A stretch of 64,000 bases of DNA from Chloroflexota bacterium (GCA_965221905.1 OZ244922.1:1408001-1472000), one strand, 5' to 3'; counted from the stretch's first letter, positions 9,361 through 19,499 are shown. The notes: generated from the sequence alone by a model not told the origin. Program-made: numbers and translations.

Positions 9361-9407
9361 GGGAATTCCGTTCGTGGTGAGCCCGTCGAACCATGAACGG
9401 AATTCCT
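9361..9407. repeat. REP-like palindrome (CCGTTCG..TGAGC.TGTCGAA family), copy 1
   Basis: GGAATTCCGTTCGTGGT-gagcccgtcga-ACCATGAACGGAATTCC hairpin. Confidence 0.75.
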
Positions 9408-9467
9408 AACTTTGTCATGATACGCAGTGCATGAGAAGACTGCGCTATGGAACTACTGCTCTGAACC

Positions 9468-10664
9468 CTACGGCGCGACGATGGCGCGAATGCGCGCGGC
9501 AACCAGTTGCGGTTTGTTGCCGTCCAGGTTGAGCGGATTGATGGTAATGCTGCCTTCCTGGGAGCCGTATTGGCTGACGGCGACAGCCGGATCCTCGTCG
9601 AACAAGCGGTTTACTAAGTCGATGGCCGACACGCCGTGCACCGATTCATCCAGCGAAACGCGCAGCGTTGGATAGGATGCGCCTTCTCGCCCTACAACCT
9701 CAGAACTGACTCCGGCAACACTATTGAGATCGGATGCGATGAATTCCAGGCGGCGGAGCCAGTCCTGGCGCGCGGCCGCATGATCGCGATTGACATAATT
9801 CTTCACTGCTGCCAGCAGGCCGGCGATCTCCTCCTTGCCCACTTTCATCGGACGGCCGATTCCTTGGAGCGGGGGGCCGAGCAGGCGACCGCTGCCAAGC
9901 AGTTTTTCCCGCAGCGTCCACGTTTCCACCATTACGTCCATGTCCTGATGCTGCAGCGCAACCGATTGGATGAGGTCGCCGCGACCAACCAGGATCCCCG
10001 AGGCTTGGGGGCCCTGAATTGCCTTGCCGCCGGAGAAGGAGACGAGGTCCGCCCCCGTGGCGATGAGACCGCGCAGGTTTTCCGCGGGCGGCAACCCACC
10101 CGCCGCGTCGACGATGACGGGCACATTGTGCTTGTGCGCCACGGCAACGGTATCTTCCAAACTCACCGCGCCCTCTACGGGCATTGCGACCCAATGCACG
10201 GCCACCGTACGCTCGTTGATGGCTGTTTCGATATGCCAGGGCTCGGTGTAGCCGCCGGTCGGGTGGCCGATGTGGCCGACCTCGATGAACTTAGCCCCTG
10301 CGGTGCGCAGCGCGTGGTCGTAGGCATTGCGGTGGAGGCGTTGGATAATGACCTCGTTGGGCATGGTGTCGGTATCGGGTAAGAGGTGCATCTTGTGAAT
10401 GTCAAGCCGGGCGAGGCAGGCGGCGGTGCCGACCAACAGGCCCGCGGCCGCGCCGGCCGTGACGTAACCGGCTTCAGCCCCGGTGACCGAGGCCAGGTAA
10501 TTCCCCGCCGCTTCCTGCAGTTCCTCCATGCGCACGCTCCACTGCGCCGCTTCGCGCATGGCGTCGAGCACATCGTCGTCCATTGGCGTGCCGCCAAGCC
10601 GCGTTAGGGTACCGGCGGCATTGATCACGCGTTTCACGCCGAGCTCTTGGTAGAAGTCACCCAC
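9468..10664 (-). CDS. SelA/DgaE-like PLP-dependent enzyme (D-glucosaminate-6-P ammonia-lyase family)
   Basis: VINAAGTLTRLGG, VDAAG, FSGGKAIQGPQASG (PLP Lys), IGRPMKVGKEEI. Confidence 0.85.
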   Translation of the reverse strand: MGDFYQELGVKRVINAAGTLTRLGGTPMDDDVLDAMREAAQWSVRMEELQEAAGNYLASVTGAEAGYVTAGAAAGLLVGTAACLARLDIHKMHLLPDTDTMPNEVIIQRLHRNAYDHALRTAGAKFIEVGHIGHPTGGYTEPWHIETAINERTVAVHWVAMPVEGAVSLEDTVAVAHKHNVPVIVDAAGGLPPAENLRGLIATGADLVSFSGGKAIQGPQASGILVGRGDLIQSVALQHQDMDVMVETWTLREKLLGSGRLLGPPLQGIGRPMKVGKEEIAGLLAAVKNYVNRDHAAARQDWLRRLEFIASDLNSVAGVSSEVVGREGASYPTLRVSLDESVHGVSAIDLVNRLFDEDPAVAVSQYGSQEGSITINPLNLDGNKPQLVAARIRAIVAP

Positions 10665-10720
10665 TGTATGTTTTCCCTTTCTCTATGGTGTTTTTCACCT
10701 GTAATTCAGTTCTTTTGGGT

Positions 10721-10750
10721 TTTGCCCTTGGACAGGCTCAGGGCGAACGG
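10721..10750. repeat. REP-like palindrome, copy 2
   Basis: TTTGCCCTTGGACAGGCTCAGGGCGAACGG, reverse complement of the same family. Confidence 0.65.
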
Positions 10751-10802
10751 CAAAAGGCAGGAACAGGGGAATGGAATAGGAAGATCAGTTCTGAATTGCA
10801 TT

Positions 10803-10872
10803 GATTCGTTCCAAACAATCCGTTCCTAACGATTCGATACTAAGTATTCGTTACCCACGATTCGTTCCTGAA
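10803..10872. repeat. 14-bp imperfect tandem repeat x5
   Basis: GATTCGTTCCAAAC / AATCCGTTCCTAAC / GATTCGATACTAAG / TATTCGTTACCCAC / GATTCGTTCCTGAA. Confidence 0.8.
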
Positions 10873-10936
10873 TTGTAGCTTTGCCAGTGGCCTTCTAGGA
10901 TCCAATCCTAAGGCTCTCTTTCCTGTCACAGTTTGC

Positions 10937-11785
10937 CTAGCGCGGCGGCGTGGCGTCAGGCGAGAGCGGGCCCAGGGTAGCGTCGCTGCCGTTGTCGAAG
11001 TAGCCGCGCACCGGATAGTTGTGCAATTCATCACAGGCCAGGATAAGGCGTTCAACGGCCAGGTTGAAAATGCGCTCGCCTTTTTCGGCACTGGCCACAA
11101 AGGGATCGCCCATCACGCCCTCGTCGGCTTCGCGGCGGCGCTCCGGCCACTTGGCGAACTTGCCAACCACAGGGTCGCGGAACCACGGTGCGAGGCCGTT
11201 GGGCGCGCGCTTGTCTAAGTCTATGAGATGCCCCCGCAGGTGGAGTTGCAGCGAAGTCTCCCACTCACCGCCGTGGCCGATGCTATCGTCGCTATCGCCC
11301 CATTCCTTGAGTTCGTCGTCCACCATGTGGAAGTAGGAAATATGCAACGCCCAGACATCTTCTTGCGCAAGCTTGACGGAGATGGCTTGTGTTGGCGCCA
11401 CGTTGCCGCCATGGCCGTTGAGTAAGATCATGCGCTCGAACCCGTTCGCCTTAATGCTGCGGCAAACGTCCGAAAGGACGGCAATATATGTTTCGAGGGT
11501 AACCGTAATCGTGCCAATATGCCCCATATTGAAGTGGGTGAAGCCCGTCCAAACCGGCGGCGCTACGATTATGGGGTAGTCGTCGGTGCGAGTTGCGGCT
11601 TCCGCGGCGAGGTGATACGGGATGCTGATGTCAATGTCCGTTGGGCTATGGGGGCCATGCTGCTCAATAGACCCCACAGGGATGACGACGACCGGGTCAT
11701 GCTTCAACGCTTCATAGAGCTCGTGCCGCCACATTTCTTGCCAGAAGACCTTCTTATTCGTGCCGTCGTAGGACTTGCCATACAT
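10937..11785 (-). CDS. Creatininase/creatinine amidohydrolase family protein
   Basis: PVGSIEQHGPH..D, NGHGGN, HGGEWETS, GVMGDP. Confidence 0.92.
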   Translation of the reverse strand: MYGKSYDGTNKKVFWQEMWRHELYEALKHDPVVVIPVGSIEQHGPHSPTDIDISIPYHLAAEAATRTDDYPIIVAPPVWTGFTHFNMGHIGTITVTLETYIAVLSDVCRSIKANGFERMILLNGHGGNVAPTQAISVKLAQEDVWALHISYFHMVDDELKEWGDSDDSIGHGGEWETSLQLHLRGHLIDLDKRAPNGLAPWFRDPVVGKFAKWPERRREADEGVMGDPFVASAEKGERIFNLAVERLILACDELHNYPVRGYFDNGSDATLGPLSPDATPPR

Positions 11786-12014
11786 AAACTAGCCTTTCAT
11801 GAGTGCGGAAATGTCTCACGCATTTAGATTTGGTAATCGTTAGGGTACCATGCCGCGCCAATATCGTTGCATATGAATGGGAATGTGCATCGGGGCCGTG
11901 GAGAGTAGGCACTTCCCAATTGAGTCGCGCAGACTGAAGGTGTGCCCCTTGCCTTCCATGTGTCTCTATCCACAGGAGAAATGGTTGGAAAGTGGTGCGG
12001 TCCCATTGGCGCTC

Positions 12015-12059
12015 TTCTGACCGTTCATACTTCGACAAGCTCAGCACGAACGGTCAGAA
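12015..12059. repeat. REP-like palindrome, copy 3
   Basis: TTCTGACCGTTC-atacttcgacaagctcagcac-GAACGGTCAGAA. Confidence 0.75.
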
Positions 12060-12122
12060 CACAGACACAATTTTCGCTCTTACGACTCCCCCGGTTTTAT
12101 CGTGAGCCACCAGCCTTGGCCT

Positions 12123-13259
12123 CTACGCAGGCGGCGCTACGTTCACCCATCCCCGGCTCTGCACAGACGTGCCCACTGCATCCATGATCTCCTGCACACG
12201 CAGGCCGTCAACGAAATCGGGACTCATAGGCTGACCGCTGCCGAGCGTTTCTAGATAGTCCTTGACGATGTGAATGAACGCTTCACCGTACCCGATGCTA
12301 TGGGCGGCGGATGGCCAGTAGCCGTGCATGTAGTCGTGCTGGACGGAGTCCGAGGCGTGGATGGTGCGAAATCCCGTTAGCGGTCCCGGATCGTCACCGG
12401 CATAGTACTGCAGTTCGTTCATGCGCTCGAAATAGAAACGCACGGACCCCTTGCTTCCATTGACCTCAAAACCGAAGTTACTCTTATTTCCTCGCGCGAG
12501 CTTTGTAACTTCCAGGATGCCCTGTGCGCCATTGGCAAACTGCATGAGCACTTGCGCGCAGTCGTCAACGGTAACGGCGCCGCTGCCGCCCTCGGGCGTC
12601 GGGCGCTCTTTAATGTAAGTAGCAAAGTTTCCGCAAACACTACTTACGTCGCCGAGCAGGTGGCGCGCCATGTCGAGAACGTGGGAGCCGAGGTCCCCGA
12701 ATACACCGAAACCGGCGTACTCCTGCTGCATGCGCCAGCCGAGCGGCGTGTTGGGATCAGCAAAGCGCTCCGCCAGGAACCAGCCGCGAAAGTGGTAGAT
12801 GTCTCCGATTGCGCCCTCCTCGATAAGCTTTTTTGCCAGGCAAACTGCCGGATAGCGCCGAAAGTGGAAGCAAATAGTGTTGTGCACGCCGGCTTTCTGT
12901 ACAGCCTCGACCATGGCTCGCGCCTCCGCGACTGTTACGGCCAGCGGCTTCTCGCATATGACCTGCTTGCCGGCTTCGGCGGCGGCAATGGCCACGTCGG
13001 CGTGCAGATGGTTCGGTGTAACGACGTCAACCACGTCTATGTCGTCGCGCGTGACCGTCTCTTGCCAATTCGTCGAAGATTCTTCCCAGCTCAGTTGGTC
13101 CGCGGCTTCTTGCACCGCCGTGGCGTCGCGCCCCACGATCACTTTGAGCCGGGGCCGGTAGGGCACCGACGGAAAGAAGAGGTTCACGTCGCGGTAAGCA
13201 TGCGTATGCGCCTTCCCCATAAAGCGGTGACCTACCAGGGCGATGTTGATGTCTTTCAC
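12123..13259 (-). CDS. Gfo/Idh/MocA family oxidoreductase
   Basis: ALVGHRFMGKAH, TPNHLH, CEKPLA, GDLGSH. Confidence 0.92.
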   Translation of the reverse strand: MKDINIALVGHRFMGKAHTHAYRDVNLFFPSVPYRPRLKVIVGRDATAVQEAADQLSWEESSTNWQETVTRDDIDVVDVVTPNHLHADVAIAAAEAGKQVICEKPLAVTVAEARAMVEAVQKAGVHNTICFHFRRYPAVCLAKKLIEEGAIGDIYHFRGWFLAERFADPNTPLGWRMQQEYAGFGVFGDLGSHVLDMARHLLGDVSSVCGNFATYIKERPTPEGGSGAVTVDDCAQVLMQFANGAQGILEVTKLARGNKSNFGFEVNGSKGSVRFYFERMNELQYYAGDDPGPLTGFRTIHASDSVQHDYMHGYWPSAAHSIGYGEAFIHIVKDYLETLGSGQPMSPDFVDGLRVQEIMDAVGTSVQSRGWVNVAPPA

Positions 13260-13643
13260 AAGCTCATCCTTTCCATGTGACGCGCACCATTGGCGGATAG
13301 TGCATGCCGGGCTTACGCGTCAGGTTCACTCTTACAAGACCGTGTTGCCGCAACGGCGCAATTATAGATTCTGCGGTGCTGAACGTGCGGCAGATACGTG
13401 TCAAATTGCTTTAGGTGGCGCGCAGAGTCGTGCCGTTTGCTATCAAGGGATACGCTTGCTCCACCGCCGCGTTACGGCATTGAGCGTAACCGACAGAGCG
13501 GCGCACGGTCAAGGCGCACATGGATTGCGGGAAAGTGCGCGAATGGAGCCGACGAGCAGTGGCAAGCGGCTTGTACCTCCTTAGGGCGTATGGTCTAATG
13601 GGTTGAGGTACTGACGTAACGCCTCGTGCGAGGAGTATTCGTT

Positions 13644-14072
13644 ATGGCGAGTATCACAATCCAATTGAGCGCGCCCAATCTTGAGCTGGCCTCCGTGCTG
13701 GCCGACGTGACCGGGGGTGTGCTGCATCAGAACGGCCCGTGGCTCACTATCGAGGGCAAACGACTTGAGATCACGCGCTTGCTAGTTGAGCAGGCGTGGG
13801 GACGTCCCATGGCAGAAGATAAGTGGCGTTCGCTGACGCAAAGTAGGCGGGGTCACGTGGTTGAGTCCACCGATCAGGTGATCGTAATTCAGGACGAACC
13901 GGCGGCTCCACAGGCCGCTGCCACGTCCGAGCGGTCGCGTGCTTTGATAATAGAGGACGCCTGGCTCATGGAACGCTTAGAACAGGAAGCGAAACGGCGG
14001 GGCGTCAAGGTAAATCAGCTTGCCGCCCAGGCGATTGAACGCTTCCTCCGTGATACGGGCGGCGAAGAGTAG
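13644..14072 (+). CDS. Hypothetical protein with C-terminal ribbon-helix-helix-like segment
   Basis: ATG after AGGAG; C-terminus LIIEDAWLMERLEQEAKRRGVKVNQLAAQAIERFL resembles CopG/RHH. Confidence 0.55.
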   Translation: MASITIQLSAPNLELASVLADVTGGVLHQNGPWLTIEGKRLEITRLLVEQAWGRPMAEDKWRSLTQSRRGHVVESTDQVIVIQDEPAAPQAAATSERSRALIIEDAWLMERLEQEAKRRGVKVNQLAAQAIERFLRDTGGEE

Positions 14073-14472
14073 CGTCTTCGATAGTCTGCCCTATTGTGCA
14101 GGCAGCTACTGAGATTCCTCGCTGCAATAGCTAGTTCAAGCTGCTACAAAGCAGGTTGCGGAACCATAGTCCTAGTTCCGGTTATTGTCGACTTCGGTTC
14201 GTCCCACCGCGCTAATTGACTGGCGTACGCAATTGCTTTCTGCTGGGCAAGAACGTGAGGAATGCGTGCCGGAACGTGCGGCGACCTGATTCCGCTTCGG
14301 TGCGACGCCTGTCTTTTGCAGGAATGTAGATGTGGGCCCGCGGTTTCTTGGTAGAGCCTCATTCGCTATACTTCATTGCAACATCGATCTGTTTCTCCTG
14401 CGGCCCGGCACTGCCTCTTCGAAACACAGCACGTTGAAAGGCGCCCTGCCGGTCGCATGAGGACATCCCCTA

Positions 14473-16704
14473 ATGTATCGAGTGGCTGTACTCTCGAAAG
14501 ATAGGAGCGCGCAGGTGTCTCAGAACGCTAGTTTCGCATCGCCCAATGCAGTTGAGTTCGTGCGCTGGGACCAGGCGGCGCAACTGGAGCGGTATCTCGA
14601 TTCCCTCGCCACCCAGGCGTACGAGAGGCGGCGCGCCAAGTGGCAGCGTGACTATACGAGCGCACGAGCGTATTCTCAGTCTGTTGCAGAAAACCGCGAG
14701 CACTGGCGCGACATGCTGGGAATCTGGCCCACGGCAGAGGAGCGTGTGCCGCTGGCGCCGGAGCGTCACGTGGTGGCGGAACGTGCCGATTACACCGTCT
14801 ATGCCGTGACCTTTGGGACGCTACCGGGAATCCGCTCGTTTGCCCATCTGCTGGTACCGAAGCGCATCGAGGCCGCGAGGCCGGCTGTGATCTGCCAGCA
14901 CGGCATGGGCGGCACACCGCATTCCATCGCGGGTCTGGTGGAAGAGGATGACGCCTATCATAAGTTCGGTCAACGGTTGGCGGAGCGCGGCTATGTGGTG
15001 CTGGCCCCGCACTGTATCAATTTCGTCGACTGGCGCAATCGCTTGCACAACAAGGCCCTTCTCGTCGGGCGCACACTGATGGGCTTGGAGATATGGCGGG
15101 AGATGCGGGCGGTTGATCTCTTGGAAACGCTGCCCGAGGTGGATAGCGAGCGGATTGGATTTTATGGCCTTTCGCAAGGCGGCAAGATGGCGCTCTGGTT
15201 CCCGCCGCTGGAACCCCGCATCCGCGCCACCATTATCTCGGCTTTCTATAACGAGCGCACCAAGAAGCAGCTCCAGGCCTCTCCCCGCTACCGACCCTTC
15301 ATCAATACTCAGGAGCAGTCCTACTTCGAACCGGACTTTTTGACAGAGTTCTCTGACTATGACCTTGGTTCGTTGATTTGTCCGCGCCCAGTAATGATTG
15401 AGCATGGACTGGGAGACAGTTCGTACTACATCGAGAGTGCACGCGAGGAATTCTTCCCACTGAAAGACATCTATGAGCGCTTAGGAATAGGAGAGCGTTG
15501 TGAGTGGGGAGAATTTGAGGGTGTCCACGAAATTCACGGTGTGGAGTCATTTGCCTTTCTCGACCGCTGGCTGAACGATGGTCTCCCACCGAATCGGAAT
15601 ACCGCCGTCAAGAGTGAGGGGCCCACGCCGCCGCCGCCTGTGTTCGTAGATCAGGACGCAATTCAGGCAATGCGCGACGAGACCAACGGGCAGCACGATC
15701 GCCATTTAGATGCGCTGGCCGATCAGGCGTATCAGGAGCGCGCGGCGCGCTGGCAACGCGACTACGCCAGCGCGGACGCATACACGGAGTCTGTCGCCCC
15801 TAACCGCGAGGCGTGGTTAGCGATGATGGGCGGGCTGCCGCCGGAGAACGAGCAGGTACCGCTCAATCCTGAACGGCACGTAGTGGCAGAGCGCCCCGAC
15901 CATACGGTCTACGCCGTTACGCTTGGCATGCTGCCCGGCGTGCGGCTTTTCGGGTATTTGCTGGTGCCTAAAGGGATTGCCGAGCCCCGGGCAGCCGTGG
16001 TGACACAGCACGGTCTTGGCGGGGCCGTGCAATCAGTCGCCGGAATTCTGGAGCAGGACGATGCCTACCATAGCTACGGCCGGAGTCTTGCGGAGCGGGG
16101 CTACGTGGTTTTTGCGCCGCACTGCATCAACGGCACGCCGCGGCGCGTGCGTTTACATAACAAGGCTATCGTAGTTGGCAGTCGGTTGATGGGCTTGGAG
16201 ATTTGGCGCGAAATGAAGGTGATCGACTATCTGCAGACGTTGCCCGAAGTCGATCCGGAGCGCATCGGCTTCTACGGTCTCTCGCAGGGCGGCACCATGA
16301 CCCTCTGGTTCACGCCGCTGGAGCCGCGCATCAAGGTTGCTGTGGTTTCGGCGTACTTCAACGAGCGTACGCGCAAGCTCAATACAGAGTCTGAGCACTA
16401 CCGCGCTTACGTTACCACGGACGAACAGCATCAATACTATCTTGGTCAGCTTCTTGAGTTTTCCGATGCCGATCTGGGGTCTCTGATTTGCCCCCGCCCC
16501 CTCTTCATCGAGCAAGGCACGCAGGATCGGGCAGTATACTACAAAGAAGCCGAAGTCGAATTTCAGCGGCTTCACGCGCATTATGCGCAACTTGGCTTAG
16601 CCGAACGCTGCGTCTGGGGCCTGTTCGAAGGCAAGCACGAAATACACGGCAGAGGCTCTTTTCCATTTCTCGACAAGTGGTTAGAGCACACGCCCACCGA
16701 CTAG
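14473..16704 (+). CDS. Tandem two-domain alpha/beta hydrolase (dienelactone hydrolase/acetylxylan esterase-like)
   Basis: Two homologous halves, each with QHG, GFYGLSQGG, DLGSLICPRP, HEIHG. Confidence 0.85.
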   Translation: MYRVAVLSKDRSAQVSQNASFASPNAVEFVRWDQAAQLERYLDSLATQAYERRRAKWQRDYTSARAYSQSVAENREHWRDMLGIWPTAEERVPLAPERHVVAERADYTVYAVTFGTLPGIRSFAHLLVPKRIEAARPAVICQHGMGGTPHSIAGLVEEDDAYHKFGQRLAERGYVVLAPHCINFVDWRNRLHNKALLVGRTLMGLEIWREMRAVDLLETLPEVDSERIGFYGLSQGGKMALWFPPLEPRIRATIISAFYNERTKKQLQASPRYRPFINTQEQSYFEPDFLTEFSDYDLGSLICPRPVMIEHGLGDSSYYIESAREEFFPLKDIYERLGIGERCEWGEFEGVHEIHGVESFAFLDRWLNDGLPPNRNTAVKSEGPTPPPPVFVDQDAIQAMRDETNGQHDRHLDALADQAYQERAARWQRDYASADAYTESVAPNREAWLAMMGGLPPENEQVPLNPERHVVAERPDHTVYAVTLGMLPGVRLFGYLLVPKGIAEPRAAVVTQHGLGGAVQSVAGILEQDDAYHSYGRSLAERGYVVFAPHCINGTPRRVRLHNKAIVVGSRLMGLEIWREMKVIDYLQTLPEVDPERIGFYGLSQGGTMTLWFTPLEPRIKVAVVSAYFNERTRKLNTESEHYRAYVTTDEQHQYYLGQLLEFSDADLGSLICPRPLFIEQGTQDRAVYYKEAEVEFQRLHAHYAQLGLAERCVWGLFEGKHEIHGRGSFPFLDKWLEHTPTD

Positions 16705-16807
16705 TGCGATTATTGGTTGCGCCAGTTTCTCAAGCAGCCGCCATATGGAGGGCTCCCGCTAGAGACTCCGACCTCCCCCAAAAAGAAAGCGGGGACGGCT
16801 GAAGGTC

Positions 16808-17644
16808 TCAATTGGAGAGAAAACCGACGGACCGTAGGTGTTCCACACTGCGGACGACGCGCTCTTGGCGTTGCTCCAAAGTCGGTTCCGGCTCGTCCCT
16901 AATGCCCTCGATTTCCAAGCTATACGGACCGAAGAAGCCGGCGTTGTTGGTTATTTCGCCGATGCGGGCGAAGTCAACGGCGCCGCCATCGCCCATTGCC
17001 GTGAAGTACCAATCCCGGTAGCCGCCGCGGCTGTCCTTCAAATGCATGTGCACCACATAGTCCATGACCTGTTCAAGCTGGCGGTAAACGTCGGCGCCTT
17101 CGTTGTAGAACAGGATGTTGCCGGTATCGAAGTTAATGCGGATGGCGTCATGCTGTAGCGCCTGCATGGTATCGAGGATGGCCTCTGCATTCTGCGTGAT
17201 ACCGGGATGGGTTTCGAGGGCAATAGTGAGACCGTGCTTGGCCGCCACGTCGCCGATCGCCCCCATTTTATCGAAGAAGTCAGAACGATCTTCCTCTGCC
17301 GGTTCGCCGCCCAAGCCGACGAAGTATTTAGCGCCAATGCCCGCCGCAAGACGCATGCGTTCCGCGATGCGCTGAAACCCGTCTGGATCCATGAGGTTAT
17401 CGGACCCATTCGCGCTGATTACGGTGAGACCGTGCGCATCCAGCTCTCTCTTCAGATTCTGGATCCCTTCGTCACCCAACTTCTCACTGGCGACAACGTC
17501 CTCGGGAATCTCCAGCACGCCGCCATGCTGTTTCATAGCGAGTTCCAGATGGGTGATGCCGGCCTGCGGTGCGAGATCAATTGCCGCGCGCACCCCGTAG
17601 CGTCCGTAACAATTCGTGAAGACCTCAAGTAAGTTGCTCGGCAT
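16808..17644 (-). CDS. Sugar phosphate isomerase/epimerase (xylose isomerase-like TIM barrel)
   Basis: LETHPG, NFDTGN, HMHLKD, LEIE. Confidence 0.88.
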   Translation of the reverse strand: MPSNLLEVFTNCYGRYGVRAAIDLAPQAGITHLELAMKQHGGVLEIPEDVVASEKLGDEGIQNLKRELDAHGLTVISANGSDNLMDPDGFQRIAERMRLAAGIGAKYFVGLGGEPAEEDRSDFFDKMGAIGDVAAKHGLTIALETHPGITQNAEAILDTMQALQHDAIRINFDTGNILFYNEGADVYRQLEQVMDYVVHMHLKDSRGGYRDWYFTAMGDGGAVDFARIGEITNNAGFFGPYSLEIEGIRDEPEPTLEQRQERVVRSVEHLRSVGFLSN

Positions 17645-17847
17645 GTCGTGCTCCTTGTTCTGCTACTCAGCTTGATACGCTTGCGCTTGCCTGCGGGAGT
17701 GCGTGCCATTTCCCGCTGTTCATGCTCTGCTCGATGTCCACCGCTCTACGAGAAGCGGCGCTCTCCCTGTCCCATCGTCCCGAGATGGCGCGCTTTCTGC
17801 GCGGATAGGACTATTGTACCCATGCCAGGCCGCGCGTGCTGCTTCGC

Positions 17848-19332
17848 CTAGTGGCGGACGTCAAGATCGCTGTATTCGGTGCGGAACCCCGCGTGGTTGG
17901 TGGCCGTATTCCGGCGGTCGGCAGTGGTATCATCTTGAGGCTCTCGCGCAGGAAGGTTGCCCTCCTCCAAATAGACCGATTCTCGTGCTCGAAGCCTTGC
18001 GATCAGCTCGCTCTTGAGCTCCTGTTTCTGACTTGCGCAGCGTGCCTTGCCAGCCAGATTGTAGAGTTCCGATGGGTCCTCAGCCAGATTGAAGAGCTGT
18101 TCTGTGGGCCCTTCCGGGTACCAGATGTACTTCCACTGCCCATCGGTAAGTGCCAGATAGACGCAGGGGATGCGCTCTGCCTGGGGCCAGCGCGGTCCGC
18201 TCATGGCCTCTAGGTAACGGCGGGGGTGTTCAAGTTCGTCCCGTGCCAGCGCAACCAGGTCTTGGCCGTCACTGTTGCTGGGCTGCGTGCCACCTGCTAC
18301 CCCTACGAGCGTCGGCAGAATGTCGGCGTGGGTAATGGGTGAGTCTACCGTTGTACCGTGACGGCGATTTTCCCAGCTCTGCGGCATGCGCAGTATAAAC
18401 GGCACGCGGGCGGCCGGTTCATAGAAGAAGGTCTTGGCACCGTTGCGGTGGTCGCCCAGCATCTCGCCGTGGTCGGAGGCAAACATGATGAACGTGTCAT
18501 TGAAGAGGCCGCGGTCCTCCAAGGCACTGATGATGCGGCCGATGACGTGGTCTATCTGCGTGATGAGCCCGTAGTACACGGCGCGAGCAGCGTGGATAGC
18601 CTCATCGGAAATGCTGTCAAATGCGCGCCGCTGCGCTTGGCGCTGGAACGATATGGGGCAGTCCGCGCAATCGCGCCACTCGCCAATGGCCGGAGCCGGA
18701 ATCGGGCTATTCTGATACATCGAATAGTACGGCTCAGGCGCGTCGAGCGGGGGATGCGGTTTGGCGAACGAGCACCAAAGGAAGAACGGAAGCGTGGGAT
18801 CATGGCGGAAGAGAATGTACTCCACACACTGCTCGGCGATCCAGGAGGTCATGGTAAGGCTCTCGGGCACGGTAGCCAAGGTGGGATACAATTCGTTCTG
18901 GGCCAACCCGTGGTGCATCGGTTGGAGGGAACTGCCGGAGTGGCGCATCTCGCGGTAATAGTCATCGGGCAGGATCATCTCTTCGAAACCATGGCGCACC
19001 CGCTGGGGTCCAAAGTGCATCTTGCCAATGGCGGCGGTCTGATAGCCGCTCGCGCGCAGGTATGTCGGCAGTGTAGCCTCTCTACCCATCACCGTGGAGG
19101 TCTGTTCATTGTTAGCCACACCGTGCGAGAATACCTGCTTGCCTGTCATGATGCCGACACGCGCCGGCACACAGAGCGGACAATCGGCGTAGGCACGCGT
19201 GAACTGCACGCCTTGGTAGCCCAGTAAATCAATGTGCGGGGTGCGGAGAAAAGGCGGTTTGGCGTCGCCGATAGTATCGAACCGCTGCTGGTCTGTGGTA
19301 ATGAGCAGAATGTTGGGCTGGGTAGCGGACAT
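17848..19332 (-). CDS. Sulfatase (Cys-type)
   Basis: PNILLITTDQQR, CVPAR (CxPxR), GKMH, PHPP, SDHGEMLG; start set at MSATQPN. Confidence 0.93.
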   Translation of the reverse strand: MSATQPNILLITTDQQRFDTIGDAKPPFLRTPHIDLLGYQGVQFTRAYADCPLCVPARVGIMTGKQVFSHGVANNEQTSTVMGREATLPTYLRASGYQTAAIGKMHFGPQRVRHGFEEMILPDDYYREMRHSGSSLQPMHHGLAQNELYPTLATVPESLTMTSWIAEQCVEYILFRHDPTLPFFLWCSFAKPHPPLDAPEPYYSMYQNSPIPAPAIGEWRDCADCPISFQRQAQRRAFDSISDEAIHAARAVYYGLITQIDHVIGRIISALEDRGLFNDTFIMFASDHGEMLGDHRNGAKTFFYEPAARVPFILRMPQSWENRRHGTTVDSPITHADILPTLVGVAGGTQPSNSDGQDLVALARDELEHPRRYLEAMSGPRWPQAERIPCVYLALTDGQWKYIWYPEGPTEQLFNLAEDPSELYNLAGKARCASQKQELKSELIARLRARESVYLEEGNLPAREPQDDTTADRRNTATNHAGFRTEYSDLDVRH

Positions 19333-19499
19333 TCTTCTGGATATCCTCTTATCACGCGGCGGCGGTGAGACTTCACTCGCCACAGGACAATGACATTCTT
19401 GCATATTTTGCAAGTACTACTCTACCGGAATCTGCCCTGTAGGTCTTGGCTGGTCAGACCAGGCAGCTATAGGAATCGAGTGTCGCCGCGGCAAAATGG

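Noticed and set aside
9468-10664. Second selenocysteine synthase
   Set aside because: Shorter, lacks the SelA-specific HTNLGRA and EIGG.FR motifs; a true selA is at 53472-54878.
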